Below, piece by piece: positions 1 to 6,807 of a DNA stretch of 13,717 nucleotides. Below the pieces are notes generated by a model. That model saw only the letters and a list, made by a program, of their open reading frames with translations. It was not told the origin of the DNA and searched no databases. The position numbers were made by a program, and so were the translations under genes. Origin of the DNA: an uncultured Nitrospiraceae bacterium (GTDB lineage: Bacteria; Nitrospirota; Thermodesulfovibrionia; Thermodesulfovibrionales; Dissulfurispiraceae); NCBI GenBank assembly GCA_947085205.1, contig CAMTVO010000040.1:1-13717 (forward strand), written 5' to 3'. Positions within the stretch are counted from its first letter, which is position 1. The number at the start of each line of letters is the position of its first letter.

Positions 1-1049
1 TACCGGAACGAGCACATCTTGAAATAACCTTTCCGCGGCTGACAGGTTATCGCTATGAAATGCCGGAAGAAAAACTAAAGGCAACATTTACAGATGAATC
101 CAAGTTTATTCTCAGCACTCATGATATTCCCACAAAAGTTCAACTCGATCCCATAGCCGGGGAATCAAGCATCCACACGCTTGATGACCTAAAGAAAAGG
201 CGGGTTCAGGAAGTTGCTTTTCTACTTGCAAAACTGACATTGGAAAACCATTTTCAGGATGATGAGGGCAATGTTAAGCCTTATCTTTTCCCGCAGGTTC
301 TTGATATTACAAGACAGTGGATAGATGAATGTGTCATCTGCCATGATAATACCTTCCCTCAATTATTATTGCTTATAAAATTTGCTCATAATGCAGCAGA
401 CCGCATCTATCGGTCAATTGTTAAATCAACGGATAAAAGTCAGGCGTTAAAACCTGTTTTGAAACCTTACGATATGCTCGGCACTACAAAGTATGTTGAT
501 TTTGATACAATCAGGGCTGTCTATCCAACGACATTAAGCCATATCAGCCATGTAGTTGCAGATACAGATTCATGGGAGCAGAAGCTTGCACAATCACTTG
601 AAGATATGGAAGAGGTTATTTCCTATGCAAAAAACCAGAACTTGGGTTTCACAATACCGTACACATATAATGGCGAAGAAAAAAACTACCTGCCGGATTT
701 CATTGTTATGATAAAAACAACACCCTCCCCTTCATCCCCTCCAGTCAAGGGAGGGGAGACAAAAGAAACATCCCAAAATATCCCCTCTCCACTTGCGGGA
801 GAGGGCAAGGGTGAGGGGGTCTCCGATAATATCCTCAATCTCATCATCGAAGTCACAGGCGAGAAAAAGAAAGACAAAGAAGCAAAGGTTGCAACAGCAA
901 AAGACCTCTGGGTGCCTGCTGTAAACAATCACGGCGGTTTCGGCAGATGGGAATTCATAGAGATAACAGACCCGTGGAATGTTAAAAATACAATAAGGGA
1001 GTTTATAAAATTTATCGGCAATGAAAACATCATGGAGAATCTCATATGA
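1..1049 (+). CDS. Type III restriction-modification system restriction (Res) subunit, C-terminal part (5' end outside the window)
   Basis: The frame is open from base 3 (PERAHLEITFPRLTGYRYEM...), so Met60 is internal. It has a C-terminal endonuclease signature (SWEQKLAQSLE...SYAKNQNLGFTIPY...YLPDFIV...LIIEVTG...WVPAVNNHGGFGRWEFIEI) and lies next to a type III-like Mod gene. Confidence 0.85.
   Translation, partial: PERAHLEITFPRLTGYRYEMPEEKLKATFTDESKFILSTHDIPTKVQLDPIAGESSIHTLDDLKKRRVQEVAFLLAKLTLENHFQDDEGNVKPYLFPQVLDITRQWIDECVICHDNTFPQLLLLIKFAHNAADRIYRSIVKSTDKSQALKPVLKPYDMLGTTKYVDFDTIRAVYPTTLSHISHVVADTDSWEQKLAQSLEDMEEVISYAKNQNLGFTIPYTYNGEEKNYLPDFIVMIKTTPSPSSPPVKGGETKETSQNIPSPLAGEGKGEGVSDNILNLIIEVTGEKKKDKEAKVATAKDLWVPAVNNHGGFGRWEFIEITDPWNVKNTIREFIKFIGNENIMENLI
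721..819. repeat. Pair of inverted GC-rich palindromic (REP-like) elements inserted in frame in res
   Basis: Hairpins TCCCCTCC(735-742)/GGAGGGGA(750-757) and CCCTCTCC(783-790)/GGAGAGGG(798-805). The reverse complement of 781-819 matches 4296-4334 at 36/39 nt. Encodes low-complexity TPSPSSPPVKGGE...IPSPLAGEGKGEG. Confidence 0.85.
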
Positions 1050-1942
1050 GCAGATTATTGTTTCTGGATGAGAGTGGTCATGATAGGCGGGAATCCCCGT
1101 ATGAGGTACTTGCCGGAATATGCATTGAAGACGTGAATATCTGGCGGTTTATATGCGCAATCCATGATTCGGAAATTAACTTCTTTGGACAAAGGGTCTC
1201 AAATGGATTGCTGGAACTTAAGGCAAAGAAACTATTAAAAGCGAAAACCTTCCGACAAGCAATGCAAATGCCCCCGATAAGTTCTGTAGAGCGTACAGTG
1301 CTGGCGCTCGAATGCCTTAAACTCGGACAGAAAAGTCAGGGCAGCGCCAAAGGGAGCGGCGCGTCAAGAAGACATATCACTGCGCTTGCACAAGCGAAAA
1401 TAGAATTCGTAAAAAATCTTTTAGCTCTTTGCAACCAATATCAAATCAATGCATTTGCAAGCGTTGTTGACAGAGACGCACCTTATCCTTCAGGTAATTT
1501 CCTGAGAAGAGATTATTCTTTTCTCTTTGAGCGGTATTACGATTTTCTCGATGATTGTCCGGATGTAGAGATGGGAATAGTTGTATTTGATGAACTTGAG
1601 CGCTCACAGAGCCACATGCTCATTGAGCAGATGCAATTTTATTTCAAGGAAACGCGAAAAGGAATCGAGCGAGCAGGCAGGATCATTCCCGAACCGTTTT
1701 TTGTACACAGTCACCTCACAACCGCCATTCAAGTAGCCGATATAATCGCATACATAATTGCATGGGGAGTTCGTGTAGGAAATATGAATCGCCCTGCTCG
1801 GAATAATCTTCAGGATCTTGCAGAACTTGTATTGTCGTTGAGATATTCTCGCAAGGTCAGGGAAGGCGGCCAGGAATATACAAAATGGAGCTTTGCTATA
1901 ATAGATGATTTGCGCCCGAGGAGTGAGAGGGAAGGCATATAA
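1046..1942 (+). CDS. DUF3800 domain-containing protein (predicted RNase H-like fold)
   Basis: N-terminal LFLDESG, central IVVFDE and C-terminal FFVHSHLTTAIQVADIIAY are DUF3800-type acidic motifs. ATGA overlap with the res stop (1046-1049). Confidence 0.85.
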   Translation: MSRLLFLDESGHDRRESPYEVLAGICIEDVNIWRFICAIHDSEINFFGQRVSNGLLELKAKKLLKAKTFRQAMQMPPISSVERTVLALECLKLGQKSQGSAKGSGASRRHITALAQAKIEFVKNLLALCNQYQINAFASVVDRDAPYPSGNFLRRDYSFLFERYYDFLDDCPDVEMGIVVFDELERSQSHMLIEQMQFYFKETRKGIERAGRIIPEPFFVHSHLTTAIQVADIIAYIIAWGVRVGNMNRPARNNLQDLAELVLSLRYSRKVREGGQEYTKWSFAIIDDLRPRSEREGI

Positions 1943-1944
1943 AT

Positions 1945-1981
1945 GAAAAAGGCAATGACAGCCGAAGCCATCAAAGCCTCC
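1945..1981 (-). ncRNA. Candidate small structured RNA convergent with the DUF3800 gene (hairpin with C(UUCG)G tetraloop and U-tract)
   Basis: The minus strand reads GGAGGC-UUU-GAUGGC-UUCG-GCUGUC-AUU-GCCUUUUUC. The G-U pairs and the UUCG loop work only on the minus strand, and a promoter lies at the right distance upstream. Confidence 0.55.
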
Positions 1982-1987
1982 ATAATA

Positions 1988-2017
1988 ACTTTACTAAATA
2001 CTGTGGGAGAGTTTCAA
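1988..2017 (-). promoter_or_regulatory. Putative sigma70 promoter for the antisense hairpin RNA
   Basis: TTGAAA (2017-2012), 18 nt, TAAAGT (1993-1988), 6 nt, then G1981, the first base of the hairpin. Confidence 0.5.
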
Positions 2018-2090
2018 TAAAATTTTGCTTATGGATTTATTAATAAAACTAATAGTGCATGGTCAATAAAATTGAGGGAGACAGATTAAT

Positions 2091-4979
2091 ATGGCAAAGA
2101 AAAAACCTGCAAAGAATTCTGTTGAGAGTTTAAAGCACAAAGACAAACGCAAAAACATCCCGACTATTGAGCTTCAGAACTTTGTAAAAGACGACGAGAC
2201 CAAACCGAAGAAGATACTCTATCCTCGCGACCCGTCGCTTGACCCGCAATTAGTCTGGAAAGGCAAAGATGAGCAGGATCAGAAAGACTTGGAAGTGCCT
2301 GCTGTGCCTGTCTATATTCAGGAAAAGATTCATCCGCAGGTTTTGATAGAGGATTTGCGCAGGACTTCGGCAAAGGATAATCCGCCTGAGCAGTCTAATC
2401 TCTTTGCAGACTTCAACGGCATTGCGTTTGAAGATTTAATAGATTTTTACCGGCATGAGCAGAACTGGTCTAATCGCATGATTCTCGGCGATTCCCTGCT
2501 TGTGATGAACTCCCTTGCTGAAAAAGAAGGGCTTAAAGGCAAAGTCCAGATGATTTACTTTGACCCGCCTTATGGAATCAGGTTCGGCTCCAACTGGCAG
2601 GTCTCTACAAGAAAGCGTGACATAAAAGACGGCAAGGCAGAGGATTTAACAAGACAGCCGGAACAGATTCGCGCCTTCCGCGATACATGGGAATACGGAA
2701 TACATTCATATCTTGCTTATCTCAGAGACAGGCTTGTGATTGCAAGGGAACTACTCACGGAAACAGGTTCCGTATTTGTCCAGATTGGCGATGAGAATGT
2801 GCATCTTGTGAGGTGCTTGATGGATGAAGTGATGGGGAGTGAGAATTTCTGCGGCTGCATCACATTCAAAAAAACTACAGGCCAATCCACCGATCTTCTC
2901 GCGTCCGTGTATGACTACATCCTTTGGTATTCGAAGAATGAAGAGACCGTAAAATACCGCCCCCTACTTCAGGAAAAAGCGGGAAGCATCATCGAAGGCT
3001 CATACACTTGGGTCGAATTTCTAGACGGAACAACTCGCCGAGTAAACTCAAAGGACGCAGAGAATCCAGAAGCATTGCGCGACACGAGGCGCTTCATGAC
3101 GGCCAGTATCATGTCATCGGGTGCATCCGAAGAAGGTTCGAAGCCGTTCAAATTTGCAGGGGAAACCTACTACCCAGCGCCAGGAACACACTGGAAAACA
3201 AATCAAAACGGGTTGCGGACTTTGGCCGCCAGCAACCGACTTGTAGCTGTTGGCAAAACTCTCGCCTACAAACGCTATGAGAATGATTTCCCAGTCGTGT
3301 ATTTGAACTGCGTGTGGCATGACACCCTCCAGAGCACTTTTGCGATAGAGAACATCTACGTTGTCCAAACAGCGACCAAAGTTATCCAACGCTGTCTTCT
3401 CATGACCACTGACCCAGGCGACCTTGTGCTTGACCCCACATGCGGGAGCGGGACGACGGCGTATGTTGCGGAGCAGTGGGGCAGGCGGTGGATTACGATA
3501 GACACAAGCAGGGTTGCGCTGGCACTCGCAAGGACGCGCCTCATGTCAGCGAAGTATCCGTATTATTTGCTCTCTGATTCGCAGGAGGGGATTGAAAAGG
3601 AGATGGAAGTTTCTTTTAGCCGTCATTCCCGTGAAAACGGGAATCCAGAAAGCACTGGATTCCGGGTCAAGCCCGGAATGACAAACAGCAGGACCGAAAA
3701 CGACATCAAGAAAGGTTTTGTCTATAAACGTGTCCCGCACATCACTTTAAAGTCCATTGCCAATAACCCCGACATCAAAGAAGGTATGAGCAGGGAAGAA
3801 ATAGACGCTGCAATCGCAAAACATGCAGACACTGAAATCCTCTATGATCAGCCGTATACTGACAACAAACGCATCCGAGTGGCTGGGCCTTTCACAGTAG
3901 AAAGCCTCTCGCCGCATAGAATATTATCAGCAGATGAAGAAAGACCAAAATCTGAGAAGTCTCCGGAGAGAACCTCAGGACATGGGCAGTTTGAGACCAT
4001 GATTCTTGAAAACCTTAAAAAGGCAGGAGTGCAGAACACTATTAAAAATGAACGGCTTAAATTCGACAGGCTTGAGACATTCGCAGGGCTTTATATTCAT
4101 GGCGACGGTGAATACACGGAAGGCGGAGAGTCCAGACGTATCGCAGTCTGCATTGGCCCGGAGCATGGAACTGTCAGCCCTGAACTTGTGAAAGAAGCAG
4201 CTAAAGAAGCAATGAAAGGAGCAGGCTTTGATTTGCTGATTGTCTGCGGTTTTGCATTTGACCCTCATGCAAACGAGATTGCTAAACAGTTTGCTCCCCC
4301 TCACCCTAACCCTCTCCCGCAAGGGGAGAGGGGAAATCTGAACCCCACTTTAGCAAAGGGGGGCAAGGGGGGATTTGATAATCCTATTGTATCTGAAGAA
4401 ATGCGCAAATATGGAAAGCTCACAGTCTTGCTTGCTCGGATGAACCCTGATTTGGCAATGGGAGACGAGCTATTAAAGAAAACAGGCGCAGGCAATCTTT
4501 TCATGATATTCGGAGAGCCTGATATTGTGATTGAAAAAATCCCTTCCTCATCCGTCATTCCCGCAAGCGAAGCGCGTCGGGAATCCTTTCGGAAGAAAGA
4601 TTCCGGACAAGCCGGAATGACAGACAAAAAAGACAACGATATCTTTATTACTGTTGAGATAAAAGGACTCGATGTCTATGACCCGACAACAGGCCAAATA
4701 AGAAGCCATTCCACGGACGACATTGCCTGCTGGTTCATAGATACCGATTACAATGAAGAGAGCTTTTTTGTCAGACATGCCTATTTCAGCGGCGCTGATG
4801 AGCCTTACGAAAAACTCAAAAAAGCCCTCAAAGCAGAGATTGACGAATCAGCATGGCAAACAATCTATTCAACAAAAAGCAGGCCTTTCCCCATGCCCTC
4901 AAAAAATAAAATTGCAATAAAGGTTATCAATCATTATGGTGATGAGGTGTTGAAGGTTTATGATGTTGGGAAAACATGA
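2091..4979 (+). CDS. Site-specific DNA methyltransferase (N6/N4, beta class), type III R-M Mod subunit-like
   Basis: Catalytic DPPY (2562-2573) precedes the SAM-binding DLVLDPTCGSGTT (~3420-3458). Also NRMILGDSLLVM and YLRDRL..ARELLTETGSVFVQI motifs, and C-terminal IAIKVINHYGDEVLKV. RBS GAGGGAG upstream. Confidence 0.92.
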   Translation: MAKKKPAKNSVESLKHKDKRKNIPTIELQNFVKDDETKPKKILYPRDPSLDPQLVWKGKDEQDQKDLEVPAVPVYIQEKIHPQVLIEDLRRTSAKDNPPEQSNLFADFNGIAFEDLIDFYRHEQNWSNRMILGDSLLVMNSLAEKEGLKGKVQMIYFDPPYGIRFGSNWQVSTRKRDIKDGKAEDLTRQPEQIRAFRDTWEYGIHSYLAYLRDRLVIARELLTETGSVFVQIGDENVHLVRCLMDEVMGSENFCGCITFKKTTGQSTDLLASVYDYILWYSKNEETVKYRPLLQEKAGSIIEGSYTWVEFLDGTTRRVNSKDAENPEALRDTRRFMTASIMSSGASEEGSKPFKFAGETYYPAPGTHWKTNQNGLRTLAASNRLVAVGKTLAYKRYENDFPVVYLNCVWHDTLQSTFAIENIYVVQTATKVIQRCLLMTTDPGDLVLDPTCGSGTTAYVAEQWGRRWITIDTSRVALALARTRLMSAKYPYYLLSDSQEGIEKEMEVSFSRHSRENGNPESTGFRVKPGMTNSRTENDIKKGFVYKRVPHITLKSIANNPDIKEGMSREEIDAAIAKHADTEILYDQPYTDNKRIRVAGPFTVESLSPHRILSADEERPKSEKSPERTSGHGQFETMILENLKKAGVQNTIKNERLKFDRLETFAGLYIHGDGEYTEGGESRRIAVCIGPEHGTVSPELVKEAAKEAMKGAGFDLLIVCGFAFDPHANEIAKQFAPPHPNPLPQGERGNLNPTLAKGGKGGFDNPIVSEEMRKYGKLTVLLARMNPDLAMGDELLKKTGAGNLFMIFGEPDIVIEKIPSSSVIPASEARRESFRKKDSGQAGMTDKKDNDIFITVEIKGLDVYDPTTGQIRSHSTDDIACWFIDTDYNEESFFVRHAYFSGADEPYEKLKKALKAEIDESAWQTIYSTKSRPFPMPSKNKIAIKVINHYGDEVLKVYDVGKT
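3622..3682. repeat. GTCATTCC...GGAATGAC palindromic element (dRS3/RPE-like), in frame within mod
   Basis: Terminal inverted repeat GTCATTCC/GGAATGAC. Internal ATTCCC-N8-GGGAAT (3625-3644), GGAATCCAG/CTGGATTCC and ATTCCGGG/CCCGGAAT. Encodes RHSRENGNPESTGFRVKPGMT. Confidence 0.85.
4296..4376. repeat. Two adjacent GC-rich palindromic dispersed repeats in frame within mod
   Basis: CCCCCTCACCCTAACCCTCTCCCGCAAGGGGAGAGGGGA (4296-4334, PPHPNPLPQGERG) followed by CCCCACTTTAGCAAAGGGGGGCAAGGGGGGATTT (4343-4376, PTLAKGGKGGF). Confidence 0.85.
4554..4621. repeat. Second GTCATTCC...GGAATGAC palindromic element in frame within mod
   Basis: Same termini as 3622-3682, with internal ATTCCCG/CGGGAAT and ATTCCGG-ACAAG-CCGGAAT. 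Encodes VIPASEARRESFRKKDSGQAGMT. Confidence 0.85.
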
Positions 4980-4980
4980 A

Positions 4981-5070
4981 ATGGAAGTCGTCGGAGGCAT
5001 ATCACAGGTCATTGACCACAGAGGGAATGAGGTTATGGTGGTGAGGGAGATAGGATGTGGGCAAATTTAA
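4981..5070 (+). pseudogene. Relic resembling the C-terminus of a second Mod methyltransferase
   Basis: Short ORF MEVVGGISQVIDHRGNEVMVVREIGCGQI*. Segment 5008-5052 (VIDHRGNEVMVVREI) aligns with the end of the upstream Mod (VINHYGDEVLKVYDV). Confidence 0.55.
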
Positions 5071-6094
5071 GTTAATAAAAAAAGTTGCTAAAAAATGGAC
5101 AAGTGGCATCACTACTTTCAGTGTTATCAGTGATGGCGAACACCCTGACCGTAACTATATTATTCTTGACCGCAAGTTAATTGGTAAGCCTGATAAAAAT
5201 CAGTTCTTCTATTTACATTTCCAAGACTGGACTAAACTGAAAGAACTTATTAACAATGAAATAGCGAAAGAGCATAAGTGGCCTATTGAAGAGCAAGAAA
5301 AAAACGAAACCGATATCCTGAGTAATCTTGAGCATATTTTAAATAGAGATCCTGATTTTTTGCTTAAGATATTGTCATACAAGAATATAGGAAATTTAAC
5401 CAGTGCAAGTTTTGAGGCTATAGATAAATTAGGATTAAGGATATACGAGATAAAAGCCGAGAATCTTGAATTTTTGCTCAAAAAATTATCTGAAGCAGGC
5501 GAAGGTGAACTAAAGGACTTCGTATCAATTTTAAATCAATTACGTATTGGCCAGATAAGCACAATTGCTGAACTTGTAAAAAAGAAAATATCAATTATTA
5601 AATTACTTGAAGCATTAATAAAACAAAAAGATACGAAAGAAAATGAAATTCATAAATTATTAGAGAGTAATCTGTGGCTTTTGAATAATAATTATGATTT
5701 ACTTAAAAGCAATAAAACTCTCAGTGATTATCTTTCTATAAACATCAAAGATGACCCCGCATTAGGCAAGAGGCCAGACTTGATAGTTAAAATGTTTCTT
5801 CAAGACCCACATCATGTGGTCTTAGTAGAATTAAAGAGACCATCGGTGAAGCTGAAAGCTGACCATATTGGGCAAATATTAGGTTATAAAGGAATTATTG
5901 AAAACCATAATCCTTCAATAAAAATAATTGACCTTTTTTTGTTAGGCTATGATGTAGATTCAAATATGCCCAGAGGATTAAAAGATTTATGTGTTGACTT
6001 GTTGGAAAATGTTATCAACAAAAAAAGAAATGAATTTGATGAGTTTTTAAAAATAGTAGAAGAATCTCATGAGGATGAATACGATATTTTCTAG
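5057..6094 (+). CDS. Putative PD-(D/E)XK nuclease, Shedu/DUF4263-like C-terminal domain; candidate anti-phage effector
   Basis: ENEIHKLLESNLWLL...KRPDLIV...VVLVELKRPS...QILGY motif set. GTG start with GAGGGAG upstream. Visibly more AT-rich than its flanks and located in an R-M locus. Confidence 0.65.
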   Translation: MGKFKLIKKVAKKWTSGITTFSVISDGEHPDRNYIILDRKLIGKPDKNQFFYLHFQDWTKLKELINNEIAKEHKWPIEEQEKNETDILSNLEHILNRDPDFLLKILSYKNIGNLTSASFEAIDKLGLRIYEIKAENLEFLLKKLSEAGEGELKDFVSILNQLRIGQISTIAELVKKKISIIKLLEALIKQKDTKENEIHKLLESNLWLLNNNYDLLKSNKTLSDYLSINIKDDPALGKRPDLIVKMFLQDPHHVVLVELKRPSVKLKADHIGQILGYKGIIENHNPSIKIIDLFLLGYDVDSNMPRGLKDLCVDLLENVINKKRNEFDEFLKIVEESHEDEYDIF

Positions 6095-6168
6095 ATTAGA
6101 AAATCCTGTTTTATTAGTGTAATAGGAGAACAAAAAAGGGGACAGGTACATTTTCTGTGCGATATTAC

Positions 6169-6807
6169 TTAAAGCAGCGCTTCTATCTCCTTTACTATCT
6201 CTGGATGTGTCCAGTCTTGTTCACCGAAATATTTTTCTACTATGACTCCCCTTTTGTCTATGAGGAATGTCGTGGGCATCATGAAGACCTTGTATAGAGA
6301 CCTTGAGACATTTAGATTGTAATCAACGAGCACGGTGAAGTTAACCGGAGTCTTCTTGAGAAAATCTTTTACATCTACGACTGCCCTGTCTGTTGAGACT
6401 GCGAGTATCACGAGCCCTTTTTTCTTCAAGATATCGTTCAGTTTGTTCATTGACGGTATCTCTGCCCTGCATGGCGGACACCATGTAGCCCAGAAGTTCA
6501 GCAGAATAACCTTGCCTTTAAACGAAGACATTGATATGGGATTGCCGTTGATATCTTTCAGCGTGAAATCAGGCGCTTTTTGACCTGAGAGTTTTTCGAC
6601 TGCATAAGGAGAAGGAGGCTGGGCAAAGCCTTCGGCGGTGAACAGTGAACAGTGAACAGTGAACAGTGAAAGACAGAAAATGAGAAGTTGAGAAAATGAG
6701 AAGTTGAGAAATCCAAACTTCTTATCTTCCAAACCTCTTATCTTCTTATTTTCTGACCGCTGACCGCTGACTGCTAACTGCTGACTGTTACCTGATAATT
6801 TTTGCAC
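6169..6807 (-). CDS. TlpA/ResA-like thiol-disulfide oxidoreductase (thioredoxin fold), exported; start uncertain
   Basis: APDFTLKDING...GKVILLNFWATWCPPCRAEIPSM...PTTFLIDKRG. Hydrophobic signal-like segment ending AEGFA-Q. The N-terminus is built from tandem repeats. Confidence 0.9.
   Translation of the reverse strand: MQKLSGNSQQLAVSGQRSENKKIRGLEDKKFGFLNFSFSQLLIFCLSLFTVHCSLFTAEGFAQPPSPYAVEKLSGQKAPDFTLKDINGNPISMSSFKGKVILLNFWATWCPPCRAEIPSMNKLNDILKKKGLVILAVSTDRAVVDVKDFLKKTPVNFTVLVDYNLNVSRSLYKVFMMPTTFLIDKRGVIVEKYFGEQDWTHPEIVKEIEALL
6638..6787. repeat. Nested short tandem repeat block (7-mer, 8-mer, 8-mer, 7-mer)
   Basis: (GTGAACA)x4+GTGAA at 6638-6670; (AGAAAATG-AGAAGTTG)x2 at 6675-6706; CTTCTTAT-like x4 at 6718-6749; CTGACCG/CTGACTG-like x5 at 6753-6787. 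Confidence 0.85.

Noticed and set aside
60..62. Met60 as the start of a 329-aa protein
   Set aside because: The frame is open to the window edge and Res subunits are much longer, so this is an internal Met.
1946..1981. Hairpin as a + strand terminator for res-DUF3800
   Set aside because: On the + strand the stem has A-C mismatches and no following U-tract. It folds well only on the minus strand.
686..4778. Short antisense and alternate-frame ORFs overlapping res and mod (for example 686-928, 3008-3280, 3975-4322, 4301-4636)
   Set aside because: They are shadows of well-supported genes, with no recognisable motifs or RBS.
6131..6156. AAAAAAGGGGACAGGTACATTTTCT at the island's right junction as an att site or element end
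   Set aside because: No second copy, inverted partner or integrase is visible in the window, so it cannot be supported.
6638..6787. Repeat arrays as a CRISPR array
   Set aside because: Units are 7-8 nt in tandem without unique spacers, and there are no cas genes.
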